A stretch of DNA of 64,000 nucleotides from Novakomyces olei (taxonomy: Eukaryota), in the NCBI GenBank assembly GCA_016906335.1, contig JADEYG010000003.1, positions 310,001 to 374,000 of the forward strand. Reading direction: 5' to 3'. The notes beneath the pieces were generated by a model. The model was given only the letters and a program-made list of their open reading frames with translations, searched no databases and had not been told where the DNA came from. This document shows positions 48,312-60,408 of the stretch, one piece after another. Every line of letters begins with the position of its first letter. Positions within the stretch are counted from its first letter, which is position 1. Position numbers and translations under genes: made by a program.

Positions 48312-49916
48312 TTATTCTTGCACATAATCTTCAGCGGTACGTGTGGCCGAGGCAGCGAGGCAGTCCTCAAACAATTGCTGGTCACGCGGCACGATTTGAA
48401 CACGGAAATCACGGGGAATAGCAACCAATGCGCTTTTAATAGCATTGTAATCGATATAATCGGTATTTGGAGGAGCATCTTTGCTTGCCTTGAATTGGCC
48501 AGCAATAATGCATCGAACAAGAGCAGCATAGATAATACGGGTGGCAATATACTGGCCAGAACACATTCTGGATCCAGCTCCAAAAGAAAAGTGGCCAATA
48601 CCGGCTCCGGCCCCAGTTTCCTTTGTGTTTTCCCAGCGATCCGGGTTGAAAACCGCAGCATCCGGTCCAAAATGCGCCTCATCGTGATTAGCAGCTTGAG
48701 CATTAACAAGCAGCATTGTTCCCTTGGGGATATGAATTCCACGGTACGTGAGATCGACCATTGCTTGCCGGGGTAAAGACATATTTGATACAGTGTAATA
48801 ACGCATTGCCTCCTTGACAATGCACATGACATATGGTACTTTCTCCTCACGCACACAATCGACAAAGGCCTCACGCAAGTCTGGATAAACTTCCTTTATA
48901 GCCGCAAATGCCTTTTCCTGGTATTTCCAAGCACGCGGTTCCGACAGGGAGCCAATGCAGGAAGTGAGTGTACCCGGGATCGTTTCAAATCCACCAGAAA
49001 CGATAGAAAGACAGATCGAGCCCACTTCGACGTTTGTGAGTTTAGACTCGTCGTCCTTCAAAATTGCTGCAGCGATACAGGGCTTGTCTGTTCCGTCCTT
49101 GATCATTTGGCGTACTCGGTCCAACAAAATACCAAGGTATTTGTCACGGCGCTCCCGCAGTACTTTGGCCCTAGCATTCTTCTCATTATTGGGGAAATAG
49201 CGGAGCAGGGGAACATAATCCTGGTAGTTTTCGCTGGAAGAACGAAGCAAGGAAATAGCCGATCCGACAGTAAGAATTTCACGCAGCAAATCGTCCCATA
49301 CGTTATCCATACGGATTCCGTAGCACAGGGTAAGCGTAGTATTGAGGGCGAGTCGCTGAATGTACGGCCGAACCGAGATTTCGTTGGCGAAACGCTGAGA
49401 ATCACGGTAAACATCTCGCAAAAGGCAGAATGTTTCGAAGTCGAACATGGGGATGTACTGTTTCAGCATGGGTCGGCCCAAAGCAACGCCGACAGCTTTA
49501 CGCTTATTCTTGCAAGACTCGTCCCACGGGCTAGAGCCGATTGTGTAACCTTGCGTAGTAGAAATGAGAGAGTGGAAAGTATAGAGACGGGGCCTGTCGA
49601 TGGTGGCAGTTTGCTTTTGCAGCAAAATCTCCTTGCAGGTATCAAAGGTGTTGAATACAACTGCGCGACGATTTCCCATACGCATCTGGAACACATCAAG
49701 GTTGAATTTTTGAGCCCATCTTTGGCAGGAAGTAGCGTGGTCTTCACCTAAAGCCAGCAAATGGCCAAAGAGAGGCAAATTTGTGATTGGTACTTGTGGA
49801 AGGCCTTTGATATAGGGAATATCCGTTCCGTAAAGCGCACGGTAGAGCACAAACACTATGAGAGCTGCAATTGCCAGCAGCGTATAAGCATCGAGCGGCA
49901 GCTGATTGGGAAACAT
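48312..49916 (-). CDS. Cytochrome P450, CYP504 (phenylacetate/hydroxyphenylacetate hydroxylase)-like
   Basis: N-terminal TM, GTDIPYIKGLP, RPRLYTFH..STTQGYTIGSSPWDESCK, ExxR (KEAMRY), PDRW and heme motif FSFGAGSRMC. Intronless from ATG 49916. Confidence 0.88.
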   Translation of the reverse strand: MFPNQLPLDAYTLLAIAALIVFVLYRALYGTDIPYIKGLPQVPITNLPLFGHLLALGEDHATSCQRWAQKFNLDVFQMRMGNRRAVVFNTFDTCKEILLQKQTATIDRPRLYTFHSLISTTQGYTIGSSPWDESCKNKRKAVGVALGRPMLKQYIPMFDFETFCLLRDVYRDSQRFANEISVRPYIQRLALNTTLTLCYGIRMDNVWDDLLREILTVGSAISLLRSSSENYQDYVPLLRYFPNNEKNARAKVLRERRDKYLGILLDRVRQMIKDGTDKPCIAAAILKDDESKLTNVEVGSICLSIVSGGFETIPGTLTSCIGSLSEPRAWKYQEKAFAAIKEVYPDLREAFVDCVREEKVPYVMCIVKEAMRYYTVSNMSLPRQAMVDLTYRGIHIPKGTMLLVNAQAANHDEAHFGPDAAVFNPDRWENTKETGAGAGIGHFSFGAGSRMCSGQYIATRIIYAALVRCIIAGQFKASKDAPPNTDYIDYNAIKSALVAIPRDFRVQIVPRDQQLFEDCLAASATRTAEDYVQE

Positions 49917-51001
49917 GTTTGGCAGATACAAAGCTGTCACTGAGCAATATATTAGCACATGAAATACGTAAATAACAGAAAATCCAGTGAAAAGAGACGC
50001 GCAAAAAGACTTGGACCTGTCAAGGTTCTCCTGACAAGGTTCTCCTGATAAAATTCTCCTGACAAGGTTTGGTTTTACCAGTCGAACGTACCTCGAAAAG
50101 ATCAATTTGAGCTCAAAGTGACACCGAAACGAAGCAGTCAGTCGTCAAATATTGGTGCTGATGATAAACTAAAAAGCGCGGAGCAAACACCGTTTAGCGA
50201 TATATACTGAATTCAAAGACGGCAAAGGCGCTTTTGATATTTGCTTGCTTATCCGTCTCTTTGACTCTAAATTCAGACAGCTTTAGCTGTTTATAGAGAT
50301 TTATATATTAAAATATAAGCGGTGCCGCCCGCAAACAAAGCCCACGCGACAGGTGTCGGCCGCCACCGCCGATGGGATTACTGTGTACAGTACAACTTTA
50401 TACGTAATTATCACCGGACCTTATCGCCGACAAGTAATAAGAAGCACTATAATATTATTACTATTACTATTTTTATTACTATTATTATTATTATTATTTT
50501 TACTATTATTATTATTGGCCTTTCTCGCAGCACACAAGTAACACGCTGCTATATACGATAAAACATGGCGATAAGCGGTTAAAATCGGCAATTAAATATG
50601 TATTTGGTGGGGAGTAAAATTTAATATAAAGGTGCCTATTGTGCGACATTTGAAATGGCACAGGCGACAAGTCGATTCGTCGAAAGTTCACAGGTAAATC
50701 AGGCGGCATACGCTATTGATCCACGTATACATACGTATACGTAGACCTCCCCGTCCTTGCTTGGATACACGAGCAAGTTATTCGAGCTGGATCAAGGCAC
50801 TCGGAGATTATTCAGTCCCGATTCAAATTACAATTTCAATTGGAAAAGAGACTTGTAATTTTTAATTTGGTTTTAAAAGGGCTGCAAGCGACTGCTGAAA
50901 GATAATTTCGTGTGATACTGTCTCTTCAACTCTTACCTTGAGCTCTACCTTAAACTCTTACCTAAAACTATTACCCTAACTCTTACCTCAAACTCTGCAC
51001 T

Positions 51002-52558
51002 ATGTCTCTCAACGAAGACGCCCGGCTCGCAGAGCTCGGCTACCGCAACGAGATGAAGCGCTCGCTTTCAATGTGGTCTATGCTGGGCTTAGCCTATTCG
51101 ATTCTCAACTGCTGGGTCGTTATGGGCTCATCGTTTATCAGTGGCCTGAACGCTGGAGGCTCAGCATCGTTGATATGGGGCTGGATTGGTGTGTGTATAT
51201 TTTCTCTCGCCGTAGCCTCCAGCATGGGTGAAATTACGTCACGCTACTCAACTGCCGCGGGCCAGTACTATTGGGTATACTCTCTATGCTCACCTTCCGT
51301 CCGCCGCTGGCTGTCTTATGTAACCGCCTGGTCAATGCTCACGGGTCTCGTGGGTATGGGATCTTCCGCCGTGTTTAGCGTCGCCAATGGCGTCGTCGGT
51401 ATGGCTATCCTGTGCAATCCCACGTACGAATGGCACGCTTGGCACTCTGTGCTTATCGCCTGGCTGTCGATCATTATTATGCTCGTCTTCAACACGTACG
51501 GAGTTCGCTGGATCAGTAAACTCTCGCTGTTTGCAATGTGGTGGTCTATCCTCGGCTTTATCGTCTCGATCATCGTCTTGCTGGCCTGCTGCAGCCCTAA
51601 TTTTGCCAGTGCCCGGTTCGTTTTCACTGGGTACTCCAACGAGTCTGGGTGGGAGTCAAAGGGCGTTGTTGTCCTGCTCGGCATTACTCAGTCCGCGTAT
51701 ACAATGGCCTGCTACGATGCACCGGCTCACGTGAGCGAAGAAGGCCACCCGGACGATGCTCCTTACGTCATGGTCTACTCTGTCCTTATCGGGTTCGGTA
51801 CAACGTTTGTTTACTTGCTCGTTGTGCTTTTCTGCCTCGAAGATATTCAGGCGGTTGCTGATACGGCCACGGGTCTGCCTATTATTCAGCTGTACTACAA
51901 TGTCACGGGGTCTCGAGTGGGCGCCTGCTTCCTCAACGTTTTCCAACTGCTCTCTCAACTGCTGGCAGAAAGCGCTCTGCTCACGGAGACGTCACGCTCG
52001 ATTATGGCCTTTGGTCGCGATAACGGGCTGCCGTTTTCACGGTTCCTTTCCCACGTAAACAAACGGTTACGCGTTCCACTATACGCGCTTTTACTGACCG
52101 CGTTTTGCCAAGCGGCTCTGCTGGCCATTTATTTCGGGTCAGATACGGCTTTCTTGACCGTTATTTCTGTCGCCTCTATCGGCCTTTTCGCCTCGTACCT
52201 CGTCCCCATCTGCTGCATGTTCTTTTACGGACGCAAACGCTTTGTCCCTGGTCCTTTTAGCCTCGGCAAGTATGGGCCTGCGCTGAATGTTGCCAGCATG
52301 CTCTACCTCTCCCTGATGGTCATATGGTTCTTCGTCCCGACACGGTACCCGGTAACACCGAGCAATATGAACTGGGCCACTGTGGCTCTCGGAATTGTCC
52401 TCGTTCTCGCCTTCGGTTCATGGTTCTCTTATGGTGCTCGGAATTACATGAATGCGAATCCGGGTGTCGTCGACGGTCTCGTTACCGTGGAAGAGCAAAA
52501 GGAAATTATTGCCGATGCCGAGTCGACCCCGGTAAAGGTGAACGGCTTAAAGGCATGA
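51002..52558 (+). CDS. APC-superfamily amino acid/amine permease (choline/GABA/polyamine, Hnm1/Uga4-like)
   Basis: RLAELGYRNEMKRSLS, GEITSRYSTAAGQYYW, YDAPAHVSEE, SRSIMAFGRDNGLP, PVTPSNMNW; ~12 TMs. Confidence 0.9.
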   Translation: MSLNEDARLAELGYRNEMKRSLSMWSMLGLAYSILNCWVVMGSSFISGLNAGGSASLIWGWIGVCIFSLAVASSMGEITSRYSTAAGQYYWVYSLCSPSVRRWLSYVTAWSMLTGLVGMGSSAVFSVANGVVGMAILCNPTYEWHAWHSVLIAWLSIIIMLVFNTYGVRWISKLSLFAMWWSILGFIVSIIVLLACCSPNFASARFVFTGYSNESGWESKGVVVLLGITQSAYTMACYDAPAHVSEEGHPDDAPYVMVYSVLIGFGTTFVYLLVVLFCLEDIQAVADTATGLPIIQLYYNVTGSRVGACFLNVFQLLSQLLAESALLTETSRSIMAFGRDNGLPFSRFLSHVNKRLRVPLYALLLTAFCQAALLAIYFGSDTAFLTVISVASIGLFASYLVPICCMFFYGRKRFVPGPFSLGKYGPALNVASMLYLSLMVIWFFVPTRYPVTPSNMNWATVALGIVLVLAFGSWFSYGARNYMNANPGVVDGLVTVEEQKEIIADAESTPVKVNGLKA

Positions 52559-52957
52559 TTGTTCCTTCAAAAATGGTATCCATGATTTTGTACTTTTATG
52601 AATGATAAAGAGTTCGATGACTTTGTAGACAGTTAATTATTATACTGCAAGATAATATTTGTTAATTTATTTGTGTGCCATATAATCCATAAAATTCGTA
52701 TGACTGCAATCCCTCGTCTCCGTATCGTGCTCTGCTTTCGTTTCGTCGCCTTTAGTAGGCAATATTAAACATTACGGGTCCTGTGCCATTATTTCTGCTC
52801 GCCCGTACTTGTTACTTATGTTGATTTATATAGATGGATATTGGCACAAGCGAAGTTTATTACTTGTTCATAGTCCTCACGAGACATATTTTGCGTCGGT
52901 GCTTCATCACTCAACGTTAATTTTTTCTTGTTCTTTTCCCTCTTCGAATCACGTATA

Positions 52958-53004
52958 TTTATATTCATTTATATTCATTTATATTCATTTATATTCATTT
53001 ATAT
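52958..53004. repeat. (TTTATATTCA)n 10-bp tandem repeat, ~4.5 copies
   Basis: Read directly between convergent gene ends. Confidence 0.8.
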
Positions 53005-53057
53005 TATTCTGTCTATAGCAAATACATAATATTTTCATGGTAACATGATGGATGATA

Positions 53058-54847
53058 CTATAACCGACTCGAGCTTCCATTGTCTTCAATGATCATTTGA
53101 GCACACTTTTCCGCAATCATATAAGCAGGTGCCTGAGTATGGCCATTGATCAATTGAGGCATAATACTCGTATCTGCCACACGCAGCCCACTAACTCCGT
53201 AAACCCGAAGTCTCGGATCCACTACCGATTTCCCGTTCGGCGGACCCATTCGACAAGTTCCAGCCGGGTGGTAGCACGTAGTCGCATTATCCCTTGCAAA
53301 CGTTATCCACTCTTCAATAGTAGTCGCGCCCGTATCCCGATGGGGATCAGTGCCGATACTCGTACTGCTGGCCGGCCAAGTGCCGCCTACAATATCCTTT
53401 GTGCCATCTCCTTCAAAAATTAAATTTTTGCCCCATCGGCAAGCCTCAGCGAATATGAGTGCGTCCACTTTGTCCTGCAGGTAATTGTGACGGATAACAG
53501 GCGGCTCTTGAGGATCTGCATTACGTAACGATACACTCCCCCGCGAACGTGGGGAGAACAGTTCCACAAATAGCGCAATCACACTATGGTGCTCCTTATC
53601 GGGGAAATCGACAAACGTTTGTGATCCCCCGTAAGCCTCCGAGTTCCATATCTCTACGTGGGGCTGTTGCGGGCCTAGATTCATTGCGTCCAGCCCACGT
53701 TTGTTTTCGGCACAGGCATTGCGCCACAACTCGTGCCGGGCCAGTTGCTCATCCAGACGGAGATACGAGAAAATGCCGTGTGGCACTGAGGCCAGAACGC
53801 CAGTATGATCGTTATGCCACTGCGATAAAGCTTTATCCATTGCTCCTGGAGCGTAAAGCGCCTGATCGCTAGTTAGACCGGCCTCTGTACACTCAAAAAA
53901 CAAGAGTGTAATTAAATGGTCCATTAAATTGCTGCCCACGCCCGGTAAATCCACCCGGCAAGTAATGCCGTGCTCTTCGAGGTCTCGCCGGGCACCGATT
54001 CCCGACACCTGGAGAATGTGTGGGCTCATATAAGCCCCGGCAGTTAGAATGACTTCGTGGCGAGCGCGCACTACTTGTTCCTTGCCCGCTAAGTTTACTT
54101 GTACACCATTAGCGCGTAATTCCTTCGTGAACTGAACCCAAAGCGCTTGGCAACGCGTAAGAACGCTCAAACGTGGCGGTTTGTCTCGTATATAATCAGC
54201 GGCAGTCGTACGAATCCCACGATAGACGGACCGCATGGCATGGCCCACGCCAAAAGGGCCCCCTCCATTGGCAAACATGTCCGGCAAATATGGCAAGCCC
54301 ACGCTAATAAAATTCTTTAGAAATCTGTCAGAGATGGGAACGTATTCGTGCATTGAAGTGTGCAACGGCCCATGCCGTCCGTGGGCGCTGCAATCAAAAT
54401 CAGTGTTCTCCGGGTGAAAAGTCTCACTGCGTTTAAAAAAAGGCAGTACTTCATCCCACGACCATCCCTTGCAGCCAAATTCATCAGCCCACTGATCATA
54501 GTCGGCTCGGCACCCACGAATGATGAGTGTTCCGTTGCAATTTGAAGTGCCCCCAATATATTTGCCACGTGGGACGGGCACAATTCGGTTATTGAGCCCG
54601 GCTTCCGGCTCCGTTTGCAGGCACCAGTCCACATCGGTACCGAAATTACGGTACAGCAGTCCCGCTATGTCGACTGTATCGATGCCCTCTACATGGTCGC
54701 CGGCCTCTAGCAGGGCTACTGAATAACCTGCCTGGGCCAGTCGAGCTGCTAGCGGTACGCCCGCCGTGCCTCCACTAAACAAAACTATTTAGTACTGTTT
54801 TCACCATAGAATTCCGCTTACCCTGCGACAACATAGTCGAATTCCAT
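53058..54847 (-). CDS. GMC oxidoreductase (FAD-dependent alcohol/choline dehydrogenase-like), cytosolic
   Basis: Exon 1 54847-54822 (MEFDYVVAG) plus exon 2 54774-53058 gives the FAD motif AGGGTAG. PRGKYIGGTSNCN, DLPGVGSNLMDH, catalytic YHPAGTC and NGHTQAP. No signal peptide. Confidence 0.92.
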
Positions 54848-55239
54848 AATGTCTACTGCCCGTCAGCAAATTTTCGGGATTCACTACAACGGCAGGGAAT
54901 CATTTTTAAACTAGTCGTTCTCGTTCGGGTATATCGCTTCCGTGGGCGTCGGACGGTGTCCGTGCTCATCCGTGGGCGCTTGTGTGGGATGAAATGTCGG
55001 TTTCGGCCGCGAACGCAACAAGTAACTTTGTGACAAGTAAGATGCGATAAGGGTTAGCCGACAGTGTATTAAATCTTTCCCCTATACTATAGATGCCCAT
55101 ACTATAATGATAATTAATGCCTTCTCTCAAATGTAATAATCTATAATTCATTTAATAAAGGCCTTGTCGTTCAAGGTACCTTTAGGCACCCTTCCTCTAT
55201 TTGTAAATTGCACTTTTGAAACATCGTCAATTCGTGGCA

Positions 55240-56497
55240 ATGGACCTGTTTGACGTATCGGACCGAGTTTGCCTCGTCACGGGCGGCTCGTCGGGGATCG
55301 GCTTCATGGCAGCCACAGGTTTAGCGCAGCGCGGAGCAAAAGTTTACATTACTGGCCTTGCTAGCGATGGGGTACAAGAGCAAGTTGACAAGATCAATCA
55401 GTCGTCTCCAAAACACAAAGTTATCGGGTACGTCTAGAAAAGATGTGAAGGGCATTGAAACTGAGCATGAGATTGAAAGAAATGAAAATAAAGTAAAATA
55501 AATAAAACAAAATAAAACAAAATAGCAGAAACCTGTTGAGCGGCAGGACCGAGTTGAAAGGTTAAAAATAATAGTAGTCAAACTGAAGAAAATAAGGAGA
55601 AGAAAGAGTACTTTACTAGTTCAATTGCGAGTGTTATTGTACAATTTCTAACTTCAAGATTTGATAGCAATGTGTCCAGTTCAGATGGGATTTCAGCACT
55701 GGTCGCAAAATTCCGGCAATACGAATCTCAACTCGATCTGCTAATCTCTAACGCGGGAGTTCGCCGTGATCCCGAGAAACCGGTCAATGTTCTGACGTGC
55801 TCTTTATCAGATCTGCAGGCTTCGATGCTTTCTTCATCATATTCGGACTGGGAGCTATCGATGCGAATAAATACGCTGGCTCATTATTTCCTTGTCACTG
55901 CTTTGGCGGATTTACTGGCCGCCAGCGCTGGCAAGGGTGATGGAAGGGGGTCAGTTATCATCACTTCAAGTTGTGCTTCTATGCACAACTGCACAAACGT
56001 TGATCTGAGCAGCTATGCTACAAGCAAAGCCGCCACTGATCATTTGGTGCGAATTTTGGCCTCTAAATTTGCTCGGTGGTACATTCGTATAAACTCAATT
56101 AACCCAGGATGTAAGTTTGGACTGAGCCTATTTCGTTATTCGTATTTACTGTAATTTTCCCATTTTTATATCGCCCAAGTTGATGATTCTCTTACAAATT
56201 GCCATTCTTTCAATTCTGACTAACTCATTCTATAGTTATCCCGAGCAATATGAACCGAGTCTCAGAGTCGGGTAACATGTTTGCCGGTTTATTTGACAAG
56301 GTGCCGGCTCGACGAGCGGGTGGAGCAGACGATGTAGTCGGTATTGTCGTCTTTTTGGCTTCCAAAGCGGGTGTAAGTATAATTGATAATGAATTTTATA
56401 CGATTCTATCTCATACTAAATATCTCAGGATTACGTCCAAGGCCAAAATTTGTGTATCGATGGAGGAAGGATACTTGTGGCAAACGGTCAGGAATAA
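55240..56497 (+). CDS. Short-chain dehydrogenase/reductase, 4 exons
   Basis: TGGSSGIG Rossmann motif, SNAG, catalytic YATSK, INSINPG, and final exon YVQGQNLCIDGG. Confidence 0.88.
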
Positions 56498-56941
56498 GCT
56501 TAAAGCACCGATTGACGGTAGTGTTAAATAGAACAGCGAGTTTTAGTGCCGCACCAACAAATTGATGATTTAGATAAACGAACCATTCTAATCAATAACG
56601 CAACAGTATGTCATGTCTTAATAGAATTCCGCTTGCATTACTACCAATTATTCGAAACACGTGCCTTTGAATGGCTGCAGTTATAGATTTTCTTCATTAA
56701 ACAAGCATCACGGCACAGTATTAATTAATTAATATACAAAATATCAAATTCACGAATACACAAATTTTTGCAATAATATATACATGCATAAAAAGACATG
56801 AACAAGGAAATGCCGAAACGACACGTGGAATTGGCAAATTGAAGATCAATATAAATAAATAAATAAAATAGATAAGCAATTAACAATGTATATAAAAATT
56901 TAAACAAATAAATGACTAAATAAACAAGTAAACCTCTCAAT

Positions 56942-59298
56942 CTAATCATCATCCATATCCGGCACAGGGTATTCCTGGTCGACTATTTCGTCACGCTGAA
57001 ACACATCGACAATATCACAAAACATTTCAATAGAAAATTGAAAATTCGCACCAATTGAGTCCATCCATTGATTGCTGCGAAACAAACCATCGTGCCTACG
57101 CCTAAACCCTTCCGGTTCATCGCGGCCCATAGCCAGTCGGCAAAGGGTATCAAACAAATCGGAAATCGGCACTTGGCTCTCATCTTCCTCTGCCGTTTCC
57201 TGCCCAACAGCATTATCAGCAGCCACTGCCTTTTCGTCAAAAGCATAGGCGTCCATGCCAGTTATACGGGCGGCCAGCCGGTTGAAGATATCCACACACT
57301 TATGGGAAAAAGCAAACCTTTGACTGAACCTTGAAAGCAGTGTAGAGCAGTCTTGCAGGCCAGCGCAGGCTCGTGCCATATCAATCGGCTCCTTGAGACG
57401 ATGGGCATTGCTCACACTGTAAAGAAGTGTAATGCTAGACATAAAAACCCAGACGTAATTTAACCAATTAAAACTGAGCCGATGCTGCTCAATCATATTG
57501 AGGGACAGCGAAGTGGCCATTAATGAGGCCTCCAACAAATAAGCCAGCGCCTCTGGGCTGGGCTGTGGAAACATCTGTGAGGGACGGTACAGCATTATTA
57601 CTAAATTGTAATAATTAAGATCAAACCAGGCCGTAGTCAAATGCGGAATGTACAAGTTTTTCAACTCATCAAGGGGGAAAGGCATAGACTTTCGCCAGGC
57701 CACTAGCAATTGCTGCAGGTTATCCACTAAAGCCGCCTTGGCCTCGTCACAAAGGTGTCGATTTTGCGGGGAATAAAGATCCTGCAGTATTCTGCCCGCT
57801 ATATGCCTCAGCCGGATAATGTGCAGTGGGACTTCGATACTCGGGACTTTTCCCATTTTCCAGTTGGGAATCTCGTCATAGTCGCTTCGGTCAGGGAACT
57901 CTATATCAATATCTTCATCACGGATCCCGAGCGGTCGGCCTCTGATGGCAGAGACCATACGGTCCATCATATAAACACTCCAAAAAAGTCTTTTTCTTCT
58001 TTCCACAATAGCCAGGCCTGGTGCAGACGAGCTACTGCTGTTGCTGGAATTTTGTGTCGGCCTCATATGTAGCCTCATTTCCAACACGAGACGGATCGCG
58101 TAGCCAACGAGCAGCCAACTATCGTGGCCGTGAGTATTAAAAAAAGAATATAAAAGCAGGTAAATAACCGTCTCCAAAGCATCCAAGTCATTACGCGCCA
58201 ATACGGGCTCGATTTCATGGAGAGCATGGGCAAAGTAAGCGGCAGCTGAACCCTCGTCGCCCATTTGCACGCAGGCCAGAGTCGTTGAGGCAATAGCCAG
58301 GACCATCCAGTACCTTATGCTCCATATTGGATCGGAGTAGCGTACGATTTGCGTCTCATCCACAGCCACGTCATAAATTGCATTCAAAAAATCGAAAAAA
58401 TCAGGGACATTGAGGACAGGGTAGAGGCTGTGGCTGTGCCGGCAATAGTACTCGAAAAGGCGGGACACCATTTCACACGAAAGAAGCCTGCCCTCCCGGT
58501 CCAAACGACGCAATTTTAACAGCGCCGGCTCGGGATCCGACCCTCTAACGGATCTAGATCCGATATACGAGTGTGAATGACCGGGCGAGTCAGACTGGCT
58601 CGCACGAATAAGCATGGTCAGCGTCTTGCCGGGGCTCGTTGATCCGTCGTCTCGAGCGTGTGGGCTAAAACTCGAGTGGTTTATCGTTTCGTTGCTGCTG
58701 TTATTATTGTCTACGTTTGTATGGCCGTTCGTATTGCCCTCGCGCAGCATATCATGAAAATCCAGCTGCTCCATTTTAGCAGACACGTCTGCCGCTCCGG
58801 GAACGGGTTCCGATCCGCCTACGGATGTCGGCTCATTGGCAACTTTACCCGAGGGACTCGATAGTACGGCTGCCGGGTCCGATCGCGGTTCCGCCAGTCG
58901 CGCATTGGCAGCGGCTAATTGGACTTCGAGAGCGGCCACCTGCGCCTCCAGCTGCATTACATACGCCCGCGGATACTGCCCGAAATCGTCACTCACTTGG
59001 TACTCACAGACTGAATGGCTCTTTTGGCAAGACGCGCATGACGGGTATTGCTTGTCGCACTTGATTCGTTTAGTAGAAGGTTTAAAGGCAAAAAGTTTAA
59101 AGGCAAAAAAAATTGTGCAATTGCAAAATTGCGAAATTGGCAAAGGAGTATATTGCAAGAAAAATACAGGCGGCCTTTCGTTTGCCGGTAAGGGAGGCGA
59201 GTGGTAAGCCAGCAACAAAGTCCCGTCTTTCTTACCTTTTTCTTTCGCTTGTGACAGCGCAGGCACGCTTGTGGCGCGATTAGTGTGTCGTGCTGCAT
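56942..59298 (-). CDS. Zn(II)2Cys6 transcription factor with fungal-specific TF (MHR) domain
   Basis: Exons 59298-59236 and 59059-56942 reconstitute ACLRCHKRKKK/CDKQYPSCASCQKSHSVCEY. Coiled coil and ERRKRLFWSVYMMDR..GRP. Confidence 0.92.
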
Positions 59299-59644
59299 GG
59301 CAGCACGACACTAGACCGTTGCCCGTATTCTTCTGCTTATTTTTTTATTTAATTTGCTGCTCCTCGAGTATTAGTTTTCATAAATTTTTGCTCTTCATCA
59401 ATTGCCACACATAGGTTCGGTGGGCCCTGATGTCGACGATTGCCGGGCACTCTTTAAGCAGCTTTTTTTATATATTATCCTATACACGTGACGCTCTATG
59501 TACCGTTATGTATACATATCCGGCCAGAAAGGTTCAAAGAATAATATATATATTGACAGTTCAGTATACTTAAATAATTAATTCTCCTCCGTCCACGTTT
59601 GCTGCTTCCTTTGGTGGTCAAGTAATCGTAAGAGCCGGCAAGGA

Positions 59645-59708
<64 letters not shown>
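59645..59708. repeat. (ATT)n microsatellite, ~21 copies
   Basis: Read directly. Confidence 0.9.
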
Positions 59709-59712
<4 letters not shown>

Positions 59713-60408
59713 AATTAGTATTGCTTTCGAATGCTAAAATTCTCGTTTACACAGACTTTAGCCATTATGGCTGAATCAATTTACAAACCTCGCTGCATAT
59801 ATAAATCTACTTGGAACATGACACAAGAGTCGCTATATGGCACGAATTCACATTTTACTATAAAATACATAGAGCCATGGCTATGACCACGCACCCTTAG
59901 TCACAGCTATAACGAAATCACAAACGTGCGCACCGTCCAGCGCTATTTTTGAAGTCTTGCAAGTGTGTCAACAGGACCAGGAGAAAAATGAATAATTCCA
60001 TAAAATAATCTCATAATTCCAATGCGAACGATCGATCCTTCCCTGCTGGAAGCACTATAACACGTACGCACACGCACGCACGCACAAACACCATCGTCAT
60101 ATTCGAGCAAGAGCCAGTTCCAATTTCCGTAAAGTTTAAGCCCAACAAAAATTACAATGGAAAAAAAAATTAAAAAAATAAAATGAAATAAGAGCAGGAG
60201 ATGATAACGGTACACAGCAAATTAAACAACAGCTACAGTCTGTAATGAAACAATAGAAACTCGAGATTCTTAATCCCATCGGTAATCTGAAAAGACTCGG
60301 TGAGACAAAAACACTGCAAGCAAGAGGTGTTTAGAAATTTTGAAACATCAGGTATACAACAAATGATGTTTATAAATATATCAGAATCGTCAAAGAGAAA
60401 AGCATCCT

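Noticed and set aside
48312-59298. Secondary-metabolite biosynthetic cluster
   Set aside because: There is no PKS, NRPS, terpene cyclase or DMATS in the window, and the importer-type permease favours catabolism.
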